A stretch of DNA of 64,000 bases, taken from a virus. Taxonomy: Duplodnaviria > Caudoviricetes. The notes under the pieces were generated by a model that saw only the letters and a list, made by a program, of their open reading frames with translations, was not told the origin of the DNA and did not search any database. The translations under genes were made by a program, and so were the position numbers. Position 1 is the stretch's first letter; every line of letters starts with the position of its first letter. Of the stretch, positions 39,437 to 49,005 are shown piece after piece. The stretch spans positions 390-64,389 of the IMG/VR virus record IMGVR_UViG_3300050587_000146, one strand, 5' to 3'.

Positions 39437-39868
39437 ATGGCAAAAGTAGGGACGACAAGACATGCGTCAAACCAGCAGGAGAAAAGGATTCAAAAAACAA
39501 TAGGCGGTCGAAAAACAAAGAACTCCGGCGCGGGGCGTGAAAAGGGCGATATTCTCCTTGAAGATTTTCTCTTGGATGGTAAAACCTCAATGACTTCCGT
39601 TAAGTCGAAGAGTGTTAAAAAGGAAGAATTAGACAAGGCTCGGGAACAGGCTTTTTTTATGCGTAAAAGGTTCTTTGCGGTGGTTTTGTCGCTCGGGGAT
39701 GGTGTTGACTATGGGGTGTTACCTTTGGACGATTTAGCGACAATTTATGAAGGATTTAAGGTTTATGAAAAGTTGGTTGCGCGGGTTGGTTTGGATAGTT
39801 CGATACTGGATGAGCATACTGGGATGACCTTTGAAGAGCTTAAAAAATACCTGCGTGGTAACTTGTAA
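39437..39868 (+). CDS. PD-(D/E)XK nuclease, Hjc-like resolvase candidate
   Basis: QQEKRI..GGRKTKNSGAG.EKGDILL..LLDGK. Confidence 0.55.
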   Translation: MAKVGTTRHASNQQEKRIQKTIGGRKTKNSGAGREKGDILLEDFLLDGKTSMTSVKSKSVKKEELDKAREQAFFMRKRFFAVVLSLGDGVDYGVLPLDDLATIYEGFKVYEKLVARVGLDSSILDEHTGMTFEELKKYLRGNL

Positions 39869-39901
39869 AGGGCGGGAAAATGTAACTTCTATAATACGGG
39901 G

Positions 39902-40366
39902 GTGAACGGCTTGAATTTTTGGCTGGCTCGGGTGGAGCGTGGTGACGTGGTGAACTGTCCGAAAGGACTCGGGTTCACAATATGGTTCCAGGGTTGCTCG
40001 ATACGTTGCAAGGGGTGTCACAACCAGGAACTCTGGGACTTTTCAGACGGTATATGGACGAATTGTGATGGAATCCTCGCAGACATCAAAGAAAATAGGC
40101 ATTGGATTGGCATGGTTGTATTTCTCGGAGGTGAGCCAACAGACCAAAAAGACGCACTCATGTACATGAACTGGGAAATCAGGCGAGAGGGCATTCCGAC
40201 AATGTTATACACAGGCCGAGAATTAGGCGAGTTAAATGTAGCAGGTTTTCGAATCAGTGATTTTGACATCGTCAAGATAGGCAGGTTTAGAGAGGATTTA
40301 CAAGTTAAAGGTTTACCCCTTGCAAGTTGTAATCAATTCATCATTCGAAACGGGGGAAATGAATAA
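39902..40366 (+). CDS. nrdG: Anaerobic RNR activating enzyme (radical SAM)
   Basis: IWFQGCSIRCKGCHNQELWD, FLGGEP. Confidence 0.9.
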   Translation: MNGLNFWLARVERGDVVNCPKGLGFTIWFQGCSIRCKGCHNQELWDFSDGIWTNCDGILADIKENRHWIGMVVFLGGEPTDQKDALMYMNWEIRREGIPTMLYTGRELGELNVAGFRISDFDIVKIGRFREDLQVKGLPLASCNQFIIRNGGNE

Positions 40367-42294
40367 TGAGGGCAGGACTTACCTTTGAGGAAGAATTTGA
40401 CGAACTGTACGACCTTTTTGCGCTTGAAATGGGCGGTGAACAGTTGTTACGGCTTAATGGGATTCATCCAGAACAGATTGATGTTGGGTATATGAGTCAC
40501 AAATATCACACTGACAAGGTTCAGGACATCAGCGTTGACGCGAATGCAAACGCGAATGGGCGTAAAAGTATCAATAATTATCAATCAGAGATTACCAAAG
40601 GTGTTCTCAAATTAGAAGGTTACTACCTTCTTTGGCGATATACGAAAAAGCGGCTCGGACGCGAGCGGGCGAATGAGTTGCTTTGGAAAATCTGGTCAGG
40701 TGAGTTGTATTTCCATGACGCGAGCGGGGCAAATATTCAGATTCCTTATTGTTGGGCATTCTCAACAACTCCGATTATGATTGAGGGCAGACCATACGGG
40801 CAATTACACAGCACTCGGCCTAAAAGGGCAGACAGTTTCATGGCTCAAGTGATTGAAGCAACGATGGACATGAGCCAGGACTTTGCTGGAGCGGTTGCTC
40901 CGTCTGATTTAATCGTCAATTATTGTTATTATGCCAAAAAGGAACAGTTGCAAGATTATCAAGTTCTGAACGATTTACAGAAGTTTGTTCACGTCATGAA
41001 TAACGGTTTCAGAGTCGGAGGGCAATCTCCCTTTGTCAATTTATCACTATTCGACAGGCCGAATCTTGAAAAAGTATTCGGTGAGCTGATTTATCCTGAT
41101 GGTAGTTCACCGGATTTTGATTATATCACGCATGTTCAGCAGTTGTTCGGTGAATGGTTCGCCAAGGGCGACCCGTCAAATGGATTACCATACCGGTTCC
41201 CAGTGGTCACTTTGAATATTCACAAGGACGAGAATGGTGACATTATTGACAGGGGTTTTTTGAAATGGGCAGCGCGGGTGAATAAAAACCTCGGCTGTTT
41301 TAACATTTATATCAACGATGGTTACAAAGTCGCGACTTGTTGCAGACTGGTCAATGATAGGTCAAAACTTCGACCTGACACTTTCGGCAACGGAGGGTTG
41401 AATCTCGGGGCGCATCGAGTTGTCGCAGTTAACCTCCCGAATGTGGCTTATATTGCAAAAGCCAGGGCGGGAATTATGAGATTTAATCAGGCTCCGCTTA
41501 GTTTAATTATGCCAGCATTACTTGAAGAGCTGGAGGACAGGCTTGTGGCGGCAAAAGACCTGTTGATGGTTCACCGGGAAGAAATTCTGCGGCGGCGTAT
41601 TCGTGATGGTATCTGTAAGTTCTTTAATCCGCTGGAGTGGTTTGACTCTGACGACCTGTTCAGCGTGGTCGGGATAGTCGGAATTTACGAAATGGTTGAC
41701 GCACTTGGGTATAGTATTTTAGACGAGCAGGGGCAGCGGATAGTTGAAGAGGTTCTGCAATACATAGAGAAACGGTTGCAGGATTTTACGGACGAAACTG
41801 GATACCCGTTCTCCTGTGAAGAGATTCCAGGTGAGCAAGCGGCGGTTAAGTTGGCTGAAATGGATAACGCGGCAGGGTTTATCGACGCTGAAAAGTATCA
41901 AATGTATTCGAACCAATACGTTCCTTTAATCGTCGAGGCCGATATGATGACTCGTATCGAAATCGCTGGTAGATTCCAAAGCATGGTAAGCGGCGGCGGT
42001 ATTCTTCACATTAATGTCGATTCGCAGATTGTTACTGAAGAACAAATGGAATCGATAATTATCGCGGCAGTCAAGGCCGGGGTTCAGCACTTTGCAATAA
42101 ATTATGGGTTCGGAGTCTGTGAGCATGGTCACGTCGTTATTGTGGGAAACGGCATTATTTGTCCTGAATGCGGGGGTAAAATCAGGGATTATCTGACTCG
42201 GGTAATCGGGTATTTTACACTGGTTAGCGCATGGAACAAAGTCCGGCGTGAATTTGAGTTTCACGAACGAAAATTTGTAGGAGGTCAGTTGTAA
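40366..42294 (+). CDS. nrdD: Class III anaerobic ribonucleoside-triphosphate reductase
   Basis: YFHD..IPYC, TCCRL, Zn site CEHGH..CPECG, glycyl radical loop YLTRVIGY; no ATP cone. Confidence 0.92.
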   Translation: MRAGLTFEEEFDELYDLFALEMGGEQLLRLNGIHPEQIDVGYMSHKYHTDKVQDISVDANANANGRKSINNYQSEITKGVLKLEGYYLLWRYTKKRLGRERANELLWKIWSGELYFHDASGANIQIPYCWAFSTTPIMIEGRPYGQLHSTRPKRADSFMAQVIEATMDMSQDFAGAVAPSDLIVNYCYYAKKEQLQDYQVLNDLQKFVHVMNNGFRVGGQSPFVNLSLFDRPNLEKVFGELIYPDGSSPDFDYITHVQQLFGEWFAKGDPSNGLPYRFPVVTLNIHKDENGDIIDRGFLKWAARVNKNLGCFNIYINDGYKVATCCRLVNDRSKLRPDTFGNGGLNLGAHRVVAVNLPNVAYIAKARAGIMRFNQAPLSLIMPALLEELEDRLVAAKDLLMVHREEILRRRIRDGICKFFNPLEWFDSDDLFSVVGIVGIYEMVDALGYSILDEQGQRIVEEVLQYIEKRLQDFTDETGYPFSCEEIPGEQAAVKLAEMDNAAGFIDAEKYQMYSNQYVPLIVEADMMTRIEIAGRFQSMVSGGGILHINVDSQIVTEEQMESIIIAAVKAGVQHFAINYGFGVCEHGHVVIVGNGIICPECGGKIRDYLTRVIGYFTLVSAWNKVRREFEFHERKFVGGQL

Positions 42295-42506
42295 TGATTG
42301 CAATTATTACGGCTCCAGGCTGTGGTCGGTGCATGACAGTCAAAAAAATCCTTGAGGATAAGGGAATTGCATTCAAGGAATATAGTATTAAAACAGAAGC
42401 AGGGCAGTTCCTCGCAGAAAAAGCAGGAGTTGCGGCGGCGGGAACATTAGTTGATTTGGAAACATACAGAAAGGTTGAGGTTCAGGATGTAATCTCGGGG
42501 GCTTAA
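42294..42506 (+). CDS. Glutaredoxin/NrdH-like redoxin
   Basis: TAPGCGRCMTVK CxxC; coupled to nrdD. Confidence 0.75.
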   Translation: MIAIITAPGCGRCMTVKKILEDKGIAFKEYSIKTEAGQFLAEKAGVAAAGTLVDLETYRKVEVQDVISGA

Positions 42507-42562
42507 AGCCTCCGATTTTTTTTTATTTTTTAACTCAAGAATGACGGCCTGTCTACTATATA

Positions 42563-42931
42563 ATGATTCGATTCGCTGTTAGGAGGCAAAATCAAGTGAA
42601 AACAATTGATAAGGAAGAATTTTTGGAGTTTCTAAAAACTCATGCTCGGGGTCGGGAGCGTTGTTACAAAAGTGTTGTTCTACGGGATTTATTTGGAGGC
42701 AGTGGAGCTGACTTGCGGCGGGTTGTAAATGAACTGCGGCAAGACGGTGAGCCGGTCGGTTCGAACAGAAACGGCTATTTTTACTGTATCAGATACTCGG
42801 AGATTAATGACACTGTGCAACATCTTCATCATCGAGCGGATGGGATTCTAAAAGCGGCAGAGGGATTATTACGAGCAGGGCGTTCTATTGAATCGACTCC
42901 GGTTTCGGTTTCAGTTCCGACTCAAAACTAA
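42563..42931 (+). CDS. Winged-helix DNA-binding protein
   Basis: LRDLFGGSGADLRRVVNELRQDGEPVGS..NGYF; start may be GTG 42596. Confidence 0.6.
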   Translation: MIRFAVRRQNQVKTIDKEEFLEFLKTHARGRERCYKSVVLRDLFGGSGADLRRVVNELRQDGEPVGSNRNGYFYCIRYSEINDTVQHLHHRADGILKAAEGLLRAGRSIESTPVSVSVPTQN

Positions 42932-43412
42932 ACGGTACATACTCAAAAACTGGGTAAGATTCGGCTGTTTGGTCGTTTTCGTAGTGACCTCAATTACGGT
43001 TTTCGGAATAGCAAAGGTAACTGAAGAATCGACCATACACACCGTTGGCATCATCTCGCGTGAAACGGATTTTAGAAATATTGTCTCTCCTGATGGTAAT
43101 GATTTCGGTTATATGCAGATTAATCGACAGAATCATGCAAGGTTATTGAAAATAGTCCGAGGCATTGATGTTATGGATGGAAAGACAAACGTGATGATGG
43201 GAACTCAAATGTTGTACGAGATAAGGGATTATTGGCGTAGAAGGGGGCTGATTGGGATTGAATTAGAACGGACAATGATTAGTTCATATCATAAAGGAAT
43301 TACGGGGCATATACGAACGGGCGAGGCTCGGGCCTATGTGGACGAAGTGACAAAATTTAAGGAGGAATTATCAAGTGGACATCAAGGTCAAGTATTTCAA
43401 TCCAAAATGTAA
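42888..43412 (+). CDS. Lytic transglycosylase (SLT-like) with N-terminal membrane anchor
   Basis: ISRETDF (catalytic Glu), DFGYMQIN, NVMMG..L, SYHKG; start uncertain. Confidence 0.65.
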   Translation: MNRLRFRFQFRLKTKRYILKNWVRFGCLVVFVVTSITVFGIAKVTEESTIHTVGIISRETDFRNIVSPDGNDFGYMQINRQNHARLLKIVRGIDVMDGKTNVMMGTQMLYEIRDYWRRRGLIGIELERTMISSYHKGITGHIRTGEARAYVDEVTKFKEELSSGHQGQVFQSKM

Positions 43413-43800
43413 GCTGGAGATTAATCCAAAAGGCGACTGGATTGACTTACGAAGTGCGGCTCATTTCAAGTATGAGCAGGGAGAAGTATTTAAAATTCCC
43501 TTGGGAGTTGCAATTCAATTACCGTCTGGTTACGAGGCTCATATTGTGCCGAGGAGTAGCACTTTTGATAAGTTCGGCCTGATTCAATTGAACCATATGG
43601 GCGTTGTTGATGAATCTTACTGCGGCGATAACGACCAATGGAGGATGTCGGTTCTCGCTATGAAAGACGGGGAAATTCATGAGGGCGACCGAATTTGTCA
43701 GTTTCGAATTATCGAAAAAATGCCTCCTCTAACAATTCAAGAAGTTGAGCGTTTAGGAAATCCTGACAGGGGCGGGTTCGGGTCAACGGGGGTGAAGTAA
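43375..43800 (+). CDS. dut: Trimeric dUTPase
   Basis: WIDL, PRSST, GVVDESYCG, GDRICQFRI, RGGFGSTG. Confidence 0.93.
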   Translation: MDIKVKYFNPKCKLEINPKGDWIDLRSAAHFKYEQGEVFKIPLGVAIQLPSGYEAHIVPRSSTFDKFGLIQLNHMGVVDESYCGDNDQWRMSVLAMKDGEIHEGDRICQFRIIEKMPPLTIQEVERLGNPDRGGFGSTGVK

Positions 43801-44252
43801 TGGAGCATAAAGTTATATTGAAAAATTGCAAGGTAACATTGGAGAACGCTGACGGAAAGGTTGAGTTCGAATCTCCCGAGGTCACATACAGGATGAATCA
43901 AGAAGAGCGGCAATTATACAGCGGTTTTGCAATGCCAGTTAAGCCGATTCTTGACCCGAGGAAAGAGATTGACGTTACCTGTATGACATTATCCATGTTA
44001 AATACATTTTCAAGGATAAGGAGAACAAAGGCATGGCGAAAAAGCTTACTCTCAAGAAGGGTAATCGTGTTATTGCAATTAAAGACAGTCCCGAAGGTTT
44101 GTACAAAGCCGGGGATACTGGATATATCGCCGATAATGACGAGTTTCCGGGCGCTGTTGCAGTTCATTTCGAGAATAGTAAATGGCCTAAAATTTATACC
44201 CGCAGCGATAAAGCAGCGGACTATCTGCAAGACTTCCCCACTAACGACGTGA
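43800..44252 (+). CDS. Hypothetical protein (3' part overlaps the next gene)
   Basis: Coupled to dut; 220-bp overlap makes the C-terminus doubtful. Confidence 0.35.
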   Translation: MEHKVILKNCKVTLENADGKVEFESPEVTYRMNQEERQLYSGFAMPVKPILDPRKEIDVTCMTLSMLNTFSRIRRTKAWRKSLLSRRVIVLLQLKTVPKVCTKPGILDISPIMTSFRALLQFISRIVNGLKFIPAAIKQRTICKTSPLTT

Positions 44253-44521
44253 TTCGAAAAGAAATCATTGGCTTGGTGGACAAGCAATTTGCAAAAGGTG
44301 TTGCAAAATATGGAGCGGCCTTGTCAGAAAATCCTAAGAATTTGAGCGTTATTGACATGCTTGACTACTTGGCAGAGGAACTGGTTGACGCACTTCACTA
44401 CAACCGGAAGCTCAAAGAAATGTTAATAACCACTAAAAATAACGGTATTGAGTTTTCACTGGAAGAGAAAGACTTTATCACTCGACTCGCAAAGAAGGTG
44501 GAGGCCAATGGGTCACGTTAA
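44033..44521 (+). CDS. Protein with C-terminal all-alpha NTP-pyrophosphohydrolase-like motif
   Basis: AGGAG RBS; KGVAKYG...LDYLAEELVDALHY. Confidence 0.5.
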   Translation: MAKKLTLKKGNRVIAIKDSPEGLYKAGDTGYIADNDEFPGAVAVHFENSKWPKIYTRSDKAADYLQDFPTNDVIRKEIIGLVDKQFAKGVAKYGAALSENPKNLSVIDMLDYLAEELVDALHYNRKLKEMLITTKNNGIEFSLEEKDFITRLAKKVEANGSR

Positions 44522-45059
44522 GCGACAAACATACAACAATGAGCTGATGACAGCCGTTGATTACAGCACTGTTACAGGTATAAAAAATGTAATCCGGCGA
44601 CTGTTGTCTTTTGAGGGATTAGCAGAGCGCGGCGATACTGTCGCCGCCTCTGTTCTTGTCGATATAAAAAAAGCTATTGGTACTTATGGAGGTAGTCTAC
44701 TGGAGATACTCACGCCAAAACAGCGGTATGTAATCGTCGAGGTTCTGGTCAACGATAAAGCTCAAGCTGACGTTGCAAATGACCTCGATATATCGCAGCA
44801 AGGCGTGAGTTATTTGTTGGGTGATGGTATCAAACGAATCATGAAATATCTAAATACCGGAAAAATCCCTTGGCGGCGGGTTACAGACGAGGAGAAGGCG
44901 TTCATCCTCGAAAACTATGGAAAAATGCCATTGTACAAAATCGCTCGACAGTTGCAACGCTCGGAACAAAACTGCCGGGAAATCTTCAAGAATCTACAAA
45001 AGGAGGGAGATGGGGATGGGGAAGAAAGGTCAGGAAAGGATTTTAGAGGAGGCGGCTGA
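44508..45059 (+). CDS. Sigma70 region-4-like HTH regulator
   Basis: LTPKQRYVI...AQADVANDLDISQQGVSYLL, plus a second Myb-like helix (WRRVTDEEKAFILENY...IARQLQRS). Confidence 0.65.
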   Translation: MGHVKRQTYNNELMTAVDYSTVTGIKNVIRRLLSFEGLAERGDTVAASVLVDIKKAIGTYGGSLLEILTPKQRYVIVEVLVNDKAQADVANDLDISQQGVSYLLGDGIKRIMKYLNTGKIPWRRVTDEEKAFILENYGKMPLYKIARQLQRSEQNCREIFKNLQKEGDGDGEERSGKDFRGGG

Positions 45060-45270
45060 TGAGTTTCTTACGACCCATGACCCATTTTACCGAGATAAAC
45101 GTCGGAATAAGGGGAGGCGAGTGTCTTACCCATACTTAACAAAACAACAACTTGATGAGGTCAGGAATCGGGAAATACCCTTCAGCAGTCTGGGGGATAA
45201 TCAGGCGGCTCAATGCGCGTCACATAACTGTGATGTAAGTAATTATCGGGAGGCAAAAAACAATGAATGA
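45010..45270 (+). CDS. Hypothetical protein
   Basis: GGAGGGAG RBS. Confidence 0.45.
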   Translation: MGMGKKGQERILEEAADEFLTTHDPFYRDKRRNKGRRVSYPYLTKQQLDEVRNREIPFSSLGDNQAAQCASHNCDVSNYREAKNNE

Positions 45271-45475
45271 TGTTGAAAACGTATTAGTGGCAATTTTTTC
45301 AATTTTGGTCGTGGTAGTAGTTTGGGCTTTCGCGGTTGGTGTAATCGGTTTGGGAATATGGGCAATTTTCAATTATATACTTCCGATGTTTGGCCTAAAA
45401 TTACTCTTAACTATTTGGCAGTGTATTGGAATCGGTTTAGCAATCATGTTTGTGAAACGGTTAATATTCAAATAA
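45263..45475 (+). CDS. Small membrane protein
   Basis: Two hydrophobic segments. Confidence 0.55.
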   Translation: MNDVENVLVAIFSILVVVVVWAFAVGVIGLGIWAIFNYILPMFGLKLLLTIWQCIGIGLAIMFVKRLIFK

Positions 45476-45487
45476 CGTAAAGGACTG

Positions 45488-46339
45488 TTGCTGATGGATA
45501 TTGCCAATGTACTGTTGAATGACGATGAAACGGCAAAGTTCATGCAAGACAAGGACGGATATGTCAGCGAATTGGTCAAAAACAATGTGAGTCTGTTTCC
45601 GGTCGAAAATCGACATATCGTCCTTAATTACATCGGCACTCCCATCGACATGTACCACAAGAAGGCTCTGGGCATGTATACAATACGGGGAGAAAAGCCA
45701 CAGCGGGTATCAGGTGCAAAGATATGGGGTGTAAGCACTCACGGAAACGCTGGACAGTCGTTTGTAATCGATGACATCATCAATCCAGCAAGCAAGGTTC
45801 AATTGTTAGCCGTCACAGGTCACGCTGGAACTGGTAAAACGTTCATTTCAATGCTTGGGGCTTTAAACAGACCCGATACTCAACAGATAATATTCACTCG
45901 TGAGGTTCAGGAATGTGGTAAATCGCTGGGATTCCTACGGGGAGATATGGACGCAAAATTTAATCCATATATGCGTCCGCTCTGGGACAACCTCGAAGAG
46001 CTGGAATATTATTCTCATAAAAGGCTGGCAGAGCGGTTCCAGACAGTTCCAATGCAGTTTTTACGCGGAAGTACAGTGAGAAATACGGTCATCATTGTGG
46101 ACGAAGCGCAAAACTGCATGGTTGAACAGTTAAAGATGGTAATCAGCAGGTGCGGTTCCGGTTCAATGGTAATCCTGCTCGGGTCATTCAATCAGATTGA
46201 TACTCGGGGGAATACGAAGGAAAACAATGGACTTGCTAAAGTAATTAAGGCGTTCGCGGGTCAGGAATTATTCAGTCACATTCATCTTATAAATGATGAG
46301 CGGTCGGAACTGGCAAGGCTGGCAGATGAACTTCTATAA
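45488..46339 (+). CDS. phoH: PhoH-family ATPase
   Basis: TGHAGTGKT, FLRGSTV, IVDEAQN, LGSFNQID, RSELA. Confidence 0.9.
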   Translation: MLMDIANVLLNDDETAKFMQDKDGYVSELVKNNVSLFPVENRHIVLNYIGTPIDMYHKKALGMYTIRGEKPQRVSGAKIWGVSTHGNAGQSFVIDDIINPASKVQLLAVTGHAGTGKTFISMLGALNRPDTQQIIFTREVQECGKSLGFLRGDMDAKFNPYMRPLWDNLEELEYYSHKRLAERFQTVPMQFLRGSTVRNTVIIVDEAQNCMVEQLKMVISRCGSGSMVILLGSFNQIDTRGNTKENNGLAKVIKAFAGQELFSHIHLINDERSELARLADELL

Positions 46340-46383
46340 ATAAAAACGGGGCGGGGGAAACCCGCTCCAAGTAAAATAAAGAG

Positions 46384-46584
46384 GTGACAAAGATGGAGGT
46401 TTTGCCTAAACAATTAAAAATAACGGTTTCTGATGGTGAAGTGTGGTTGCATTTTAAGCCATTAAAAACAAAAATGTCTGCTGGAATTTGTTTAAATAAC
46501 TTAGCCAATGAAAAAGGAAATATTGTTGGAAACGCTATGAAAGCCGCTATTTCTGAAATCATTGAAGAAAATAAACAGAAATAA
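46384..46584 (+). CDS. Hypothetical protein
   Basis: 66 aa with GAGGTG RBS. Confidence 0.45.
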   Translation: MTKMEVLPKQLKITVSDGEVWLHFKPLKTKMSAGICLNNLANEKGNIVGNAMKAAISEIIEENKQK

Positions 46585-46596
46585 AGGAGAATATCA

Positions 46597-47133
46597 ATGA
46601 AAAAAGAGCTGGTTCCATTGTTCCCACATTTGATTCCCGTCGAAGAGCGAACAGTTGATACTATTATCAGGGCTTTCGGTGAAAGGGTTGAGGATGTTAA
46701 CGAGAGCATCCAGGAACGTATAGAGCAGTATATGAGGTATCTACAACAGGCTCGGCCTGATGACTGGTTCGAATGGGGATTACGCGGAGTTTCTCAAGTT
46801 GCGACTAAGGTTACGAAAGAACAGCGGTCAATTGCCTATCTTATCGGGATTTATAAGACATGGTTAACCTATGGATTCGGTACTTATCATTCTGCCGAGT
46901 TCGCAAAAGTGAAAGAGCTTTTTAAACAGAGATTTGGACTTGAGCCATCTGTTGAAGCAGCGGCAAAATTAAATCAACTTATAGGAGATTGGGGAATGGT
47001 TTTCACAGTAGCGGCTTTGATGAATATCCAGCCTCCTCCGATTCAGGACGTATCTCTTATAATTACAAACTCTTGCGAGCAGTACATGGAGAGTAATTAC
47101 AAACCTATTGAGATTAGGGGGCAGGGAGTATAA
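46597..47133 (+). CDS. Hypothetical protein
   Basis: 178 aa, AAGGAG RBS, followed by a terminator. Confidence 0.55.
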   Translation: MKKELVPLFPHLIPVEERTVDTIIRAFGERVEDVNESIQERIEQYMRYLQQARPDDWFEWGLRGVSQVATKVTKEQRSIAYLIGIYKTWLTYGFGTYHSAEFAKVKELFKQRFGLEPSVEAAAKLNQLIGDWGMVFTVAALMNIQPPPIQDVSLIITNSCEQYMESNYKPIEIRGQGV

Positions 47134-47160
47134 AAACTCCCTGTTCTTTTCCAAAAAGTA

Positions 47161-47192
47161 TTGCATTCTGGGGAATATTACTATATAATGAT
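47161..47192 (+). promoter_or_regulatory. parMR promoter with operator variant
   Basis: TTGCAT-17 bp-TATAAT; AATATTA-CTATA-TAATGAT. Confidence 0.7.
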
Positions 47193-47225
47193 TGTGAGAC
47201 AACTGTGAGACAATTGTCCCACAAC
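47193..47225. repeat. 11-bp-period repeat array, parC-like (copy B)
   Basis: TGTGAGACAAC, TGTGAGACAAT, inverted TGTCCCACAAC, between the promoter and the parM RBS. Confidence 0.85.
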
Positions 47226-47242
47226 TAACAAAGGAGTGGTTA

Positions 47243-48259
47243 TTGATGGGCTTTGTAACTAATGCGGCGGTCGATGTTGGTTACGGGAGAACTAAGGGTA
47301 GACGGAAGGGCAGGGAGTGCGACCTCCGATCTGTTATCGGCGACTATAAACAGGTTCGGTTTTCGCTTGGAGAATCAACAGAACAACGGATTGCCTTGCA
47401 GTATAACGACAAAAAATACACTGTTGATGAGGCGGCAATTGCTCAATCAACTCCTCAAGCCACAATCGACGAAAAGCGGGCTTTTTCAGAGGAGGGGCTG
47501 GTTCTATTACTGGCGGCTCTGGTCAAGCTCACTGATGGCAATCCTGCCGAGAATGTCAACCTTGTGGTCGGTTTACCTGTCCTATATTACGATACATACA
47601 AAAACGATTACCTCAAGGCAATCAAAAAGATTCACGCGGTCGATATTTTGAAAATGGACAGTGACCTGTCAGTCCGCAAGTATTTCAGCGTTGAGAACGC
47701 GAAAGTATTGCCTCAACCTGTCGGCATTATCTTTGACTTGATTACTGACGATGATGGCAAGATGACTGACGAGCAGAAAAAGCTGGCTCAAGGGAATTTG
47801 GGGGCAATCTCAATCGGGTTCAATACTGTTGAGCTGGCTCGGGTGGACAACCTCGATTATAAAAATCGTCGCTCAACCTCTTTCCTTGAAATGGGTATGT
47901 TTACTGTGTTTCAAGAGCTGTCCGACGAAATCTTTAAGTATCACAAAGTTCGCGTTCAAGTCGAAAAGATGGAGCCAGTTTATCGGTCGGGGTATATCAA
48001 AAAAGAAGGAGAAATGATTGACATCTCGAAACTAAAGATGATAGCACTTGAAACAGTCGCGTCAAAGGTTTTGAGTTCCGTCAAGAGTTTCTGGCAGGAT
48101 AGATGGGAACTTGACAAAATTGCAATAGCTGGCGGCGGTGCGATTGACTTGGCAGCATTCATTGCCCGTGACTTAGGGAAACAGGCTGTAATCGTTGAAA
48201 GACCGTTATTCTCGACGGTTGACGGGTTCTTTAAATATGCACAAAGGACTTGGAAATAA
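47243..48259 (+). CDS. parM: Actin-like partition protein (ParM/StbA family)
   Basis: AVDVGYGRTKG, VVGLP, VLPQP, ISIGFNT, IAGGGA. Confidence 0.85.
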   Translation: MMGFVTNAAVDVGYGRTKGRRKGRECDLRSVIGDYKQVRFSLGESTEQRIALQYNDKKYTVDEAAIAQSTPQATIDEKRAFSEEGLVLLLAALVKLTDGNPAENVNLVVGLPVLYYDTYKNDYLKAIKKIHAVDILKMDSDLSVRKYFSVENAKVLPQPVGIIFDLITDDDGKMTDEQKKLAQGNLGAISIGFNTVELARVDNLDYKNRRSTSFLEMGMFTVFQELSDEIFKYHKVRVQVEKMEPVYRSGYIKKEGEMIDISKLKMIALETVASKVLSSVKSFWQDRWELDKIAIAGGGAIDLAAFIARDLGKQAVIVERPLFSTVDGFFKYAQRTWK

Positions 48260-48594
48260 TGGCATCATCAAAGCGTTACGGATTCAGGTTGAGATTCTCA
48301 CGCGACAAGGACTTGATTGAATGGCTCGATACTTTGACTAAAGAGGACGAGTGTAGCGAATGGGTTCGGGACGCAATAAGAGAAAAATACGACAGAGAGC
48401 ATGGACTGGCTCCGCAAGAGCCGACTCCAGTGTCAAGGCCGACTCGTCCTGTGAGTGTTCCGGTAACGCAAGAAGTCCAGCCTGTACCTATCATTCAAGA
48501 GGAAATTCATGAAAGACCAACAGTCCGGGAAGAGACTGCGGCGGCTGATGATGATATAGAGTCAAGGCTCGACAGGTTCGGAGATAATTTTTAA
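48259..48594 (+). CDS. ParR-like adaptor (ribbon-helix-helix plus C-terminal helix)
   Basis: Coupled to parM; RYGFRLRF..DKDLIEWL..SEWVRDAIR; Pro-rich linker; C-terminal DIESRLDRF. Confidence 0.65.
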   Translation: MASSKRYGFRLRFSRDKDLIEWLDTLTKEDECSEWVRDAIREKYDREHGLAPQEPTPVSRPTRPVSVPVTQEVQPVPIIQEEIHERPTVREETAAADDDIESRLDRFGDNF

Positions 48595-48633
48595 GGGAGG
48601 CGAAAAGCCTCTCTTTTTTTTGTTCAAAAGCAC

Positions 48634-48663
48634 TTGTAATCACGAATATTATATGGTAATATT
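48634..48663 (+). promoter_or_regulatory. SigmaA-like promoter with perfect operator
   Basis: TTGTAA-17 bp-TAATAT; operator at 48645-48663. Confidence 0.75.
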
Positions 48664-48687
48664 AAGATGTAAGGGAGATGATAAACG

Positions 48688-49005
48688 ATGAAAATATTGA
48701 CGAAACGGATTGATGAACGAGAGATTCTGCATAAATCTCTATTATCCGAACTGCATGACCCCGCAAAGGTTGACATTCTGCTGAACGATGTATTCGTCAC
48801 AGAGCCGAAAGCAGTTGATATTACAATCACGCTCGACAACGGCAATTTATTTGTAAAATTCATCGACTGCAAGACCGGAGAGAAGTACAGACAAGCAACG
48901 GATTTACCAGTTCTTATCCGTCAGGAATACTGGAAATTGATTAATAAATACTTGTGGGACAGGAGTGAGAACGATGAGAACGATATACTTGAGCAAGAGC
49001 TTTAA
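48688..49005 (+). CDS. Hypothetical protein
   Basis: 105 aa after the promoter. Confidence 0.5.
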   Translation: MKILTKRIDEREILHKSLLSELHDPAKVDILLNDVFVTEPKAVDITITLDNGNLFVKFIDCKTGEKYRQATDLPVLIRQEYWKLINKYLWDRSENDENDILEQEL

